A stretch of 38,057 nt of DNA from Myxococcales bacterium (lineage in GTDB: Bacteria > Myxococcota_A > UBA9042 > GCA-2863065), in the NCBI GenBank assembly GCA_018780435.1, contig JADMJS010000239.1:1-38057 (forward strand), read 5' to 3'. Below, piece by piece: positions 1-8,525 of the stretch (within the stretch, counting starts at the first letter, position 1; each line of letters starts with the position of its first letter). The notes below the pieces were generated by a model, which saw only the letters and a program-made list of their open reading frames with translations, did not search any database and had not been told where the DNA came from. The position numbers and the translations under genes are program-made.

Positions 1-114
1 CGAGTCCGCCTTCGCCCGGGAGAAGCACCTACCGAGGCTGGCGGCCGCCCGAAGAGTCGTGGTAGAGGTGAAATCACAACGCCGAGCTGGAGCCCCAGCC
101 TCCAAGGAGTCCCC

Positions 115-1479
115 GTGACGACCTCTACCATCGTTTCCGTATTGGACAACTTCGAAACAGCCGATTCGACTATCGACGTAGGATGGCACCGCATACCACT
201 ACCGAATCGTCCGACACGGAGAACATCGGTCCACGTGCTGATCTCCGCGCTCTTCGTCCTTCCGCTCGCTTACGGTTGCTCCACCGATGATGACGCCGTG
301 ACGACCGCCTCCGTCGATATCTCGACGTCGGCTGACACCGCGCAGAACGACACTACGCTGCCAGGCGACAGCTCAGTGTCGGAGGACACAGTCGGCGACT
401 CGGACGTGGTCAACGATGCCCTAGAGGCCGACGCACTCGACGGTGCGGACGCCGCCGATGCGCCTGAAGTGGTCGACGCGCCGGTACTGCTGGCCGGGAG
501 CTACCTCTCGGGCGGGATCGAGGAGTTCAGCAATACTTGCCAGGGCTTCGATCTAACGGCCGGATCACCAGAGCTGGCATGGACGAGCCCAACGGAGTTT
601 TCACTCACTTTCGACGAAAGTAACATTGTCAATACATGCACAGTCGGGGTCGACAAGATCACCTGCGACCCGTACTCGTTTGACGGCGGCAATTCACGAA
701 CCGCAGTGATCACCATGGAGCTCACCGGCGGGTACATCGAGGTGTTGTCGAATTCAAAGTTCGCCTGGCACGACACGCTTACTAAAACGTGTGTCGGGTT
801 TGGTTGTGGTGATCTACAGTCAAAGGAGTGCAAGGTCGAATTCGCCGCCACCTACAAGTGGAACTGCAGCCTCGCGCCGTCGAATTGTCCTGGACAGGAG
901 CAGAAGTGCGTGGGAGCAGACGCGGGAGACGGCACCACGTTCTTCAAGACTTGCAAGGCCACCATTGGCTCGGGACAGCTCGGCGACCCCTGCGAGCGAC
1001 CCGAGGGCGTGTTCGGTGATGACACCTGCGCCCCCGGTCTATTCTGTGGTCGGTTCGGCCTTCCAAAGTCCACGCCGCAGGCATTTCATTGCGTCGCCTA
1101 CTGTGAATCCAGCGATAGCTGCACCGAAGGCACGGTGTGTCGTGGACTCAACACCGGTCCCGTGGGCGCTTGTGCGCCATCGTGTACACCGTTCGAGGAT
1201 TCCTGCGGAGTGGAGGGCCTCTCGTGCAAAGTAACCAATCACATTGACCCGGAAGAGGGCTCGCTCTTCTCGTGCGACTTCACCGGAAACAAACCCGACT
1301 ACAGCGCGTGCTCAGATAGCGTGGATTGCGGGATTGACGCTTCGTGTCGGCCGAAGGACGGCATGAACCCGACCTGTTGCCCCTATTGCGACGCGACGCA
1401 CCCGTGCAAAGACCCGGCGGCTACCTGCGTGGATTTCACGTCCAGTGCGCTGGCCGGCTTCGGCTCCTGCCAGAAGTGA
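115..1479 (+). CDS. Secreted, probably lipid-anchored, cysteine-rich protein. True start uncertain; the frame is open back to the window edge.
   Basis: 454-aa ORF. A hydrophobic signal-like segment (VHVLISALFVLPLAYGC|STDDD) sits about 40 codons into the ORF, so the real start is probably internal (possible GTG near 235). An acidic D/T-rich linker is followed by about 180 aa with many paired Cys (e.g. CxxGxxC). No stop occurs in-frame between nt 1 and 114. Confidence 0.5.
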   Translation: MTTSTIVSVLDNFETADSTIDVGWHRIPLPNRPTRRTSVHVLISALFVLPLAYGCSTDDDAVTTASVDISTSADTAQNDTTLPGDSSVSEDTVGDSDVVNDALEADALDGADAADAPEVVDAPVLLAGSYLSGGIEEFSNTCQGFDLTAGSPELAWTSPTEFSLTFDESNIVNTCTVGVDKITCDPYSFDGGNSRTAVITMELTGGYIEVLSNSKFAWHDTLTKTCVGFGCGDLQSKECKVEFAATYKWNCSLAPSNCPGQEQKCVGADAGDGTTFFKTCKATIGSGQLGDPCERPEGVFGDDTCAPGLFCGRFGLPKSTPQAFHCVAYCESSDSCTEGTVCRGLNTGPVGACAPSCTPFEDSCGVEGLSCKVTNHIDPEEGSLFSCDFTGNKPDYSACSDSVDCGIDASCRPKDGMNPTCCPYCDATHPCKDPAATCVDFTSSALAGFGSCQK

Positions 1480-1496
1480 CGCGTCTGACGAGGCGC

Positions 1497-1668
1497 GGGC
1501 TCGGTCGAAGTTAAGTAGATCGACTTACCTCCCGCCGCATCCCCGCCCGGCTCGTTCCAAGTAGAGAACGTCAGCCTCGAAATACGGGGAGTATGTCTTC
1601 GGACTTGACCCGGGCGGGGCGCGACGCGGTCAACGCTCTCGCTTCCTTCGGCCGAGCCCTTCGCTGGG
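1497..1668. repeat. Copy A of a roughly 170-bp imperfect palindromic (hairpin-forming) intergenic repeat. It could be a MITE or a structured RNA.
   Basis: Terminal inverted repeats gggctcggtcgaag...cttcggccgagccc. The core ccgcatccccgcccggctcgttccaagt ... cgaaatacggggagtatgtcttcggacttg ... cgggcggggcg is about 85-90% identical to the reverse complement of 14609-14765. The small ORFs at 1571-1792(-) and 14593-14844(+) share RPAR[VA]KSEDILPVFRG because they read through the repeat. Confidence 0.6.
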
Positions 1669-1827
1669 AAAGACCCGGGTAGCCCTTGCCGCCGAGGCCG
1701 ACGGCGACCGACAGCGGGCAAACGCCGCGAGGGAGGTGAGCCGGCGACAGCGGCCCGTGCTGAGCCCGAGGCGACGTTGAGCGGGTCGCCATTGAAGCTC
1801 GGTCGCCATTCTGGTACAGCCTTCCCC

Positions 1828-3975
1828 ATGGCCTTGACGCGGTCCCCAGCAGCCCTCCTTCTTCTTCTCATCCTCACCGCCGTCGGCTGTACGGATGAGG
1901 TGGACAGCCGACAGACGCCGACTGGTGATACGGCGGGGACGGGGCCCGACGGGGCGCACGTCGACTCTGGCGGGGACGGGGCGCCGTCGCCCGACGCCGA
2001 TGTGGTGAGCCCAAACGATGGCGCCGGCCCGACTGGCGACGACTTAGGCCCCCTGACACCGCCGCCCGAGTGTGAAGCGGCGGGTCTTCGCGTTCGGCGC
2101 GTCACGCCGTGGGTCGGCGGCGGTGTCCAGCTCGTTCTGGACACCCCGGCTGCGACGCCTGCGCTTGAGAGCATCGACGGCGTTTCACTTCCGTCCTTCG
2201 CGGCCTCCATTTCAGAACCCCATGGAATCACAGGGATCATCGTCGTCCCTGGAGCAAATGAGGACGTCACCGAGCCCAGGCGCACCGCCGCTCAGGCCCT
2301 CGTCCTGGCGCTGCCGCCTGGTGAGCGAATCGCGCTTTGGCTCGGCACGTCCGAGCTGCCGTTGCTTGCGGACGTGACCACGAGCCGGTCGCACCTCGCG
2401 AGCCGAATCGCGAGCGTGGAGCCGGCGGACGCGGGGGCCATCCTGCCCGAACGGTTGGAGGAGGCGGTCCTCGGCCTCGCGGCACTCCACGAGGGCGGCG
2501 GACCGATCGTACGAACGCTTGTGTTCGTGGGAGGCGGAGAGGCCGCGGCGGTCCCTGGCGCAATTGACCGGCTTTGGCTCGGCGAGCCGCGTGAGGCGGA
2601 AGAGCCCGATCCAGCGCTCGCGTATCGCTGGTCCGAGACGGAGACACCCACGGCCGCGGCGTCCCGGCTCGCCGCGGACATCAGCGCCCGCCGTGGCGCG
2701 TTGACGCGGATCGGCGCGTGTCCACTGCCGGGTACTGCGCTGGTTCGGCTCCGCTCCGAGGTCGGGACGTGTGACATCCCAATGCCGGTGCCGCAGGGCT
2801 CACTCGCGGCAGTCCCATGCGATGGACAGGCCGCCGCTGACGACGCCTTTCCGTACGGGGAGGTCGCAGTGACGTTTACTGCGGAGGAGCGCACGCACTG
2901 GCAGTCGCTCGTGGCGGCAAAGGACAAGAGCGAGTTCACCGCCCGGGTCGCCATCGGTCCCGAAGCGCCGGTCGCCGCCAAGCTACACCTGCACGGCCAG
3001 ACGTCACTCGAATGTCCACGAAAGAGCTATACTCTGGATCTCGACGGTCCGGAGCCGCGCCGACTGTTCCCCGGTGGACACGGCGACAAGCTCTATCTGC
3101 TCTCGCTGTGTATGGATGACGGCTACTATCGCCTGTCGTTTTCGGACCGTGCGATGGGTGACCTCGGAGTCTTCCCCCTCGGGTTCCACTATGTCCGGCT
3201 CCGGATGGACGGCCAGGATCTCGGCCTCTACCTCGCGGTGGAACAGGTCACGTCCGCACTGCGAACCAAGCAGCTCGCGGTCTCGACGGTCATCCGCCGA
3301 CGTTACGACCCGGACGACAAGCCCGAAGAGGTAAACCATCCGAACGACCCGGTGGAGCAAGCCGATGCGCTCGCCCGGTATCACATGCTCGCCGAGCTGG
3401 CGCAGACCGGAGCGCCGAGCGGCCTCGGCGCGGCGCTCGACGAGCGGATGGACCTCGACGGATACCTGAGCTGGCTCGCCTACAACGCCCTGTTTCAGAA
3501 CGGGGACTATGCCGACGAGGCCTACTTCTACGCGTCTCCCGAGCTCGATGGGACCTGGTACTTCCGGCTCCTCGGCTGGGACGCGGAGGATCTAATGGCC
3601 GGCTGCCACCACGGCGGGGTGAACGCCCTGCCGGATCCGAATGGCCTCATGTTCTGCGTGGAGGCCAAGATCGATGACATGCTGGTGCGGTCACCGGAGG
3701 TCTACGCCCGCTATGTCGCGGCGCTGGAGCTCGTCATTGCGCACTTCACGCCGGAGGTGGTCCTCGGTCACCTTGAGGAGGCGAAGACGGAGATGTTCAC
3801 CGTCATCGACAACGACGACACGGCCCACGCGATGACCGAACTGAAGCAGCCCCTTGGTTTCGAGCAGGTGCGCGCCGAGATCTCGGCGAGCATGGACGCC
3901 TTCCGGGGGCAGGTCGAGGCTCGTCGGCAGTCGATGGCAAAGAAGGTGGCCACATGGCGCGCGTCACACCCCTGA
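1828..3975 (+). CDS. CotH kinase-family protein, a lipoprotein with an acidic disordered linker (paralog 1).
   Basis: The ATG at 1828 is in frame with the 1777 ORF. Signal MALTRSPAALLLLLILTAVGC|TDE. The linker is rich in D, G, P and T. The C-terminal half matches CotH (PF08757)-type motifs: HLHGQTSLECPRKSYTLDL, YLAVEQV, DYADEAYFYASPELDGTWYFRLLGWDAED. Confidence 0.7.
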   Translation: MALTRSPAALLLLLILTAVGCTDEVDSRQTPTGDTAGTGPDGAHVDSGGDGAPSPDADVVSPNDGAGPTGDDLGPLTPPPECEAAGLRVRRVTPWVGGGVQLVLDTPAATPALESIDGVSLPSFAASISEPHGITGIIVVPGANEDVTEPRRTAAQALVLALPPGERIALWLGTSELPLLADVTTSRSHLASRIASVEPADAGAILPERLEEAVLGLAALHEGGGPIVRTLVFVGGGEAAAVPGAIDRLWLGEPREAEEPDPALAYRWSETETPTAAASRLAADISARRGALTRIGACPLPGTALVRLRSEVGTCDIPMPVPQGSLAAVPCDGQAAADDAFPYGEVAVTFTAEERTHWQSLVAAKDKSEFTARVAIGPEAPVAAKLHLHGQTSLECPRKSYTLDLDGPEPRRLFPGGHGDKLYLLSLCMDDGYYRLSFSDRAMGDLGVFPLGFHYVRLRMDGQDLGLYLAVEQVTSALRTKQLAVSTVIRRRYDPDDKPEEVNHPNDPVEQADALARYHMLAELAQTGAPSGLGAALDERMDLDGYLSWLAYNALFQNGDYADEAYFYASPELDGTWYFRLLGWDAEDLMAGCHHGGVNALPDPNGLMFCVEAKIDDMLVRSPEVYARYVAALELVIAHFTPEVVLGHLEEAKTEMFTVIDNDDTAHAMTELKQPLGFEQVRAEISASMDAFRGQVEARRQSMAKKVATWRASHP

Positions 3976-5603
3976 TTGTTCGCAGTGCAGCCGTCATCCT
4001 GGCGGGATGCGCGTCGACCGAGTCGAAGGGCGACTCCTCGACCCATCCGGCCGACGGGGCGACTCTGGAGGACACAGCAGCTACCGAGGACGCTGCGAAC
4101 GCGGATTCGGGAGGCCCGCCGCCGCTCGGAGACACCGTGGGCGATCCGGACCCGGACTCTGATCGGACGGATGGCGAACTGGGCGACACGAACGCCGTGG
4201 TCGAGAAAGCGCTGCTGCTACGGGCGCCCATGTCGGTTCCACCGGGGCGCCCCTTTCCCGTGGCCGTCGATGCCGAAGGTCCCGTCACCATGGACGTGGT
4301 CCTCACAGCCGGCGCGGTACATAAGACTGTACATCTTCATCGTGGACGAGGCAGCGCCTCCTTCACGCTGGCCGAGAGCATCACCCTGCACGCCACGGCC
4401 CCCGGCTACGCTGGCTCGCGAGACATCGCCGTGGCGGCCCGGCCTGTCGTCGAGCTCGTCGCCGCGAACCTGCCCAGCCAGCGGCTCACCGGGGGCCAGC
4501 TCTTCTGGGACGCGACCTCCGACGTGGCCATCTCTGGGACCGTGGTCGTCGGGCCGGGGACGACGCTCGCGGTGGCGGCTGGAACCCGAGTCGTGCTCGG
4601 CCCGAAGGCCGGCATCGAGGTCCGCGGGACGCTGAAGGTCATCGGGAGCCTCGATGAACCCGTGCTCTTCACCTCAGACTCCGACGCGGCCTGGGGCGGT
4701 ATCCGGGTCATCTCGGGCGCGGCCACGTTTGACCACGCCTGGCTCACCGCCGGCGGGGGCGATTCGGGGCTCATATTCGGCCACTCGAAGTCTCAGCCCG
4801 TTATCTACGCTGAGGACGCGTCGCTCGCATTCGAGGGCGGCGGCGTGGTGGACTCCCCCGGGAAGGCGCTGGGTTCCTTGAGGTCGAAGGTCACGTTGAC
4901 TGGGGCCCTGATCAGCCGCTGCGACACGGGGGGGGAGCTAGCGGACTCAGAGGTGCTGGTGGACACCTGTCACGTCGTCGAGATCCCCGACGCCGATGGG
5001 CAGTACGATGATGACGACAACGACGCTTTGTACATAGTGGGGACGCAGGTGAAGGGCGGCGTGGATGTCCAGAGCGTCGTCCGGAGGAGCGTCTTCCGTG
5101 CAGGTGAAGACGACGGGATCGACCACAACGACGCCACGTTACGCATCGAGGATAGCTGGATCGAAGGCTTCCAACATCAGGGGGTCGCCGCGTCGCAGGG
5201 CCATCGGGTGGAGGTCGTAGGCTGTGTCATCCGAGGCTGTGGCCCCGGCGGAGTGGAAGCGGGTTACGGCGCCCCAACGGTGATCGTCGACCACTGCTCG
5301 ATTAGCGGCAACGAGACCGGCGTAAAGTACGGGGACAATTACGACTGGGACGCGTTTGGCTCGTTGACCGTGACGAACTCGATCGTGGTCCAGAACCAGA
5401 AGAACGTGGAGAACTACGTCGTGAACCTCGGGGGGCCACGTGAAGGCGCGGTCCACGTGTCCTGCTCACAGGTGGACTCCGCTGATCTCGATGGCCTCGA
5501 CGGCAACATCGCGGGCGATCCGGTGCTCGATGCGATCGGCTGTCCGCCGCCTCCGGGCGCGATGTGCGACGGCGCTCGCATCGGGCTCGAAATGTGCCCG
5601 TGA
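3954..5603 (+). CDS. Right-handed parallel beta-helix repeat lipoprotein (pectate-lyase or NosD-like fold).
   Basis: Signal MARVTPLIVRSAAVILAGC|ASTE followed by an acidic linker. Repeated G-x-containing beta-helix rungs occur (e.g. VVGCVIRGCGPGGVEAGYG, IVDHCSISGNETGVKYGDN, VTNSIVVQNQ). The start overlaps the CotH-1 stop by 22 nt, and the stop overlaps the CotH-2 start. Confidence 0.6.
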   Translation: MARVTPLIVRSAAVILAGCASTESKGDSSTHPADGATLEDTAATEDAANADSGGPPPLGDTVGDPDPDSDRTDGELGDTNAVVEKALLLRAPMSVPPGRPFPVAVDAEGPVTMDVVLTAGAVHKTVHLHRGRGSASFTLAESITLHATAPGYAGSRDIAVAARPVVELVAANLPSQRLTGGQLFWDATSDVAISGTVVVGPGTTLAVAAGTRVVLGPKAGIEVRGTLKVIGSLDEPVLFTSDSDAAWGGIRVISGAATFDHAWLTAGGGDSGLIFGHSKSQPVIYAEDASLAFEGGGVVDSPGKALGSLRSKVTLTGALISRCDTGGELADSEVLVDTCHVVEIPDADGQYDDDDNDALYIVGTQVKGGVDVQSVVRRSVFRAGEDDGIDHNDATLRIEDSWIEGFQHQGVAASQGHRVEVVGCVIRGCGPGGVEAGYGAPTVIVDHCSISGNETGVKYGDNYDWDAFGSLTVTNSIVVQNQKNVENYVVNLGGPREGAVHVSCSQVDSADLDGLDGNIAGDPVLDAIGCPPPPGAMCDGARIGLEMCP

Positions 5604-6955
5604 TGCGGTGGCTCCTCGCCCTGATGCTCGCCCTCGCGGCGTGCGAGGACGATTCACACGTGGCAGCCTCCGCGCATGGGATGGTCGTGGATGCGGTCGA
5701 GGTCAGCGATACGTCGTCGCCGGATGGCGGGCATCACGATGGCGATCCGTCGCCCGGGTCAGACCTCGGGACGGAAGACGGTGGCCCGAACGATGGGTTG
5801 GACACCGACGAGGACGCCGACGTCACCGAAGCCGATCCGAACATCCGCCGAGTGAACCTGTCGGTGAACCAGATGAACTGGGAGGCCCTGCACCAAGATC
5901 CCGAGGCGGACGTGGAGGTGCCGTGTACGGTTTCTGTCGACGGGGGGCCCGCGCTCCTAGCAGACCTCGAGCTCCATGGCGGCTATGCGCGGAAGTTCGA
6001 GAAGAAGTCTTACCGTGTACACGTAAGGGGCGACGAGCCAGAATGGGATCTCTTCGGCGACGGGCCCGAGATTCAGGAGCGGTTCGTCCTCCAAGCGTCG
6101 TGGATCGACCCGACCTTCCTCCGAAACGAGCTCACGATGTGGCTGGATCGGCAGGTCTCGGTCTTGGCTCCGCGGCTCTCGTTCGCGGAGGTCACCGTGA
6201 ACGGCGAGTATCACGGGTTCTACCTCGTGATTGAGCGAATCGACGAACGCTGGCTCGTGCGCCACGGGCTGTCCGTGGACGCTCACCTCTACAAGGCGGA
6301 GAGTCACTGGGCAAACTTCGCCGCGAAGGCGGACCCGCTGAAAGGGTACGACGTTCAGCTCGGTGATGCAGCTGACGTCTCCGACCTCGCTGCGCTACTC
6401 AGGATTCTGACGGACACCGCAGCCACCCATGACGCGTTTCAGGCGGCCGTCGCGCCGGTGTTCGCGCTCGACGACTTCATGGGATGGCAGCGCGTCCATA
6501 GCTTCGCGGCGGACCAAGACACATTCGACAAGAACTACTATCTCCACCACCCAGTCGGTGCAACGCCGGGCTCCGCGGTGGACATCTTCCGGATCATCGC
6601 CTGGGACGCGGACGCCACGTGGGGGAACAACTGGGACGGCAAGGCGCTCGACCCCACGCAGGAGACCTGGCACGGAGTCGACAAGCTATCCCCTCGCCTC
6701 CTCGGGATTCCGGAGTACCGGCAGAGCTACCTCGACGCGTACTCCGCGGCGCTCGATGGCCCGTTCTCTGTGGAGGCCCTGAAGGCGCACGTGAACGAGA
6801 AGGCGGCGATCATCAAGACCGCCGTCCAGAGGGACCTCGACGCCTGGGAGCGGGACGACGTGGACTTCGACGCGGAGATCGCCCGGCTCCTCGGTGCGAT
6901 CGACAGCCGCTGGACGACGATGCGCGCGGTCGTCGACGAGCTCCTGGGCGAATAG
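5603..6955 (+). CDS. CotH kinase-family lipoprotein (paralog 2).
   Basis: The ATG at 5603 (MRWLLALMLALAAC|EDD) overlaps the upstream TGA. An acidic linker follows, then CotH motifs: LELHGGYARKFEKKSYRVHV, EYHGFYLVIERIDERW, DKNYYLHHP...IFRIIAWDADATWG. Confidence 0.75.
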   Translation: MRWLLALMLALAACEDDSHVAASAHGMVVDAVEVSDTSSPDGGHHDGDPSPGSDLGTEDGGPNDGLDTDEDADVTEADPNIRRVNLSVNQMNWEALHQDPEADVEVPCTVSVDGGPALLADLELHGGYARKFEKKSYRVHVRGDEPEWDLFGDGPEIQERFVLQASWIDPTFLRNELTMWLDRQVSVLAPRLSFAEVTVNGEYHGFYLVIERIDERWLVRHGLSVDAHLYKAESHWANFAAKADPLKGYDVQLGDAADVSDLAALLRILTDTAATHDAFQAAVAPVFALDDFMGWQRVHSFAADQDTFDKNYYLHHPVGATPGSAVDIFRIIAWDADATWGNNWDGKALDPTQETWHGVDKLSPRLLGIPEYRQSYLDAYSAALDGPFSVEALKAHVNEKAAIIKTAVQRDLDAWERDDVDFDAEIARLLGAIDSRWTTMRAVVDELLGE

Positions 6956-7195
6956 GCGCTCCGATGGACCTCGTGGAGCCGGACCCATCCCGCGGTCCAC
7001 CGAGCGGACGGACGATGACTTCGAAGCCACGGCTACCCAGCGCACCAGCGAGTGTTAGGTCAGTTGACCACCACCAGACTTCTCAGCCACTGACGGATCG
7101 GCTCGTAAGCCCTCGCAGTAGGACGTCCACACGACATCGCGACGAGGCGGGGTGGCAATGAAGGTCACGCTCATCGGTCACGGCGGCTCGTCGAG

Positions 7196-8248
7196 ATGAC
7201 CGAGAAAACACTGCCCTCGCTCATGGAGTGCCTCCAGGATCCCGAGGAAGGGCCTCTCCTCCGGCGACTGCTGACGCGCCCGGGCGACGACGACGCGCGC
7301 CGAACTTACGTCGAGCTGCTCGTCCGACGGGGGGACCGACGCGCCGCGCTGCTGAGCATGAACGCCGCGTCGTCCGAGGAGCGCGCTGCGGTGATGGCCG
7401 CAGTGGCGGCGGAGCCCGGCGCCACTTGGTGGCGGGCCGTGCGCAGCCATGCGTGGACGCTGAACTGCGGCCTGCCCACCGCGACGTCACGAGTGCGATT
7501 CGCCACCGAGTGCACGCGAGACTGGAGCACGCTGACGCCCACGAGCCGGGCCGGCGTACGGCACTGCGACGAGTGCCTCCAGCCCGTGTACGAGTGCCCG
7601 ACGCGGGCGGACGCCGAGGGCCGAGCGCGGCTCGGGGACTGCGTGGCCATCCCAGCGGCGCTGGCGGCCGAGTTGGGTACCTCGCTCACCGCCACCATCA
7701 TGGGACGCCCGCACGTCCCGACCTTGTGGGCTTCGGCAGCGGTCGCGGACCGGCCCGAGGTGCCGGCGGGGATCCTCTGGGCGCTGCGGGTCCGCGCAGG
7801 TGACGTGGCTTGGGAGCCGGGCACCGAAGCCCTCGGGTCGCGGCGGTTCGCGGGCGGCGTTGAGCTTATAGAGACCGGCCGGACCCGCTGGATCTTCGCC
7901 GAGGGCACCGAGGCCACCCTGGACCTGGGACCCGTGCCGGACAACCTCACGGTGCGTCTCGTCGACGGGCGCAAGCTCTCCGTGCGCGGCGGCGGGCCCG
8001 GCTTCGAGCCGACGCGCCCGTTCGAGCGTCCGGATGTGCCGTGGGCGGCGTTGCGCGAGGCACTCGTGGCCGACGGGCTGGCGGGCGGGGAGCCGCGGAG
8101 TTTGCCTCTGTCGGACGTCGACGCGGCTCACGTCAGCGTCGATGCGTCGGGATGGCGCGTAGACGTGGTGCGCGCAGGGGCACCGCGCCTCGCTCGGAGC
8201 TGGCTTCGCCGCCTCGGAGGCTGGCTACGGCCGCGCACCGGTCACTGA
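7196..8248 (+). CDS. Protein with an N-terminal TIGR02996-type repeat-companion domain; function unknown.
   Basis: The N-terminus LLRRLLTRPGDDDARRTYVELLVRRGDRRAALL fits the PxDDxxRLVYADWLxExGDxxRAEFI pattern of TIGR02996 domains found in Myxococcota and Planctomycetes. The rest of the protein is not recognisable. Confidence 0.45.
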   Translation: MTEKTLPSLMECLQDPEEGPLLRRLLTRPGDDDARRTYVELLVRRGDRRAALLSMNAASSEERAAVMAAVAAEPGATWWRAVRSHAWTLNCGLPTATSRVRFATECTRDWSTLTPTSRAGVRHCDECLQPVYECPTRADAEGRARLGDCVAIPAALAAELGTSLTATIMGRPHVPTLWASAAVADRPEVPAGILWALRVRAGDVAWEPGTEALGSRRFAGGVELIETGRTRWIFAEGTEATLDLGPVPDNLTVRLVDGRKLSVRGGGPGFEPTRPFERPDVPWAALREALVADGLAGGEPRSLPLSDVDAAHVSVDASGWRVDVVRAGAPRLARSWLRRLGGWLRPRTGH

Positions 8249-8261
8249 CCGGCGCCATGGC

Positions 8262-8345
8262 GAAGACTACTATAAATTACATACATTATCCTCATGCGTT
8301 ATTACATGTTTTTATGATTTTTTAATCTGAGCTCGCATGAATTAG
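8262..8345. promoter_or_regulatory. AT-rich island of about 85 bp (roughly 25% GC) in an otherwise ~70% GC region. It contains a tataaat hexamer and two direct ATTACAT copies. Probably a promoter or nucleoid-protein/regulator binding region upstream of the hydrolase-ceramidase pair.
   Basis: actactataaATTACATacattatcctcatgcgttATTACATgtttttatgattttttaatc is seen directly in the sequence. It lies between the TIGR02996 gene stop (8248) and the 8526 start. Confidence 0.3.
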
Positions 8346-8525
8346 ACATGCCGGAAGCGAGGAGCGTCGCTTCGACTCCGATTCCTGTCCGGTACGACCT
8401 TCCTACCCAACTCCGGGGCACCTTGACGCGTCGGATCGTCGGAAGTACCGTCCTCGGCACAGAGAACGTCGACGATCCGGCGCACACTCTGTGGGTCTTG
8501 CTGTCGAGCCGCTGGGGAGCTTCCA

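Noticed and set aside
1571-1792. 73-aa minus ORF and its twin, the 83-aa plus ORF at 14593-14844, sharing the peptide RPAR[VA]KSEDILPVFRG.
   Set aside because: The shared peptide arises because both read through the two copies of the palindromic repeat. No RBS is present and the ORFs are low-complexity; this is a repeat artefact, not a conserved small protein.
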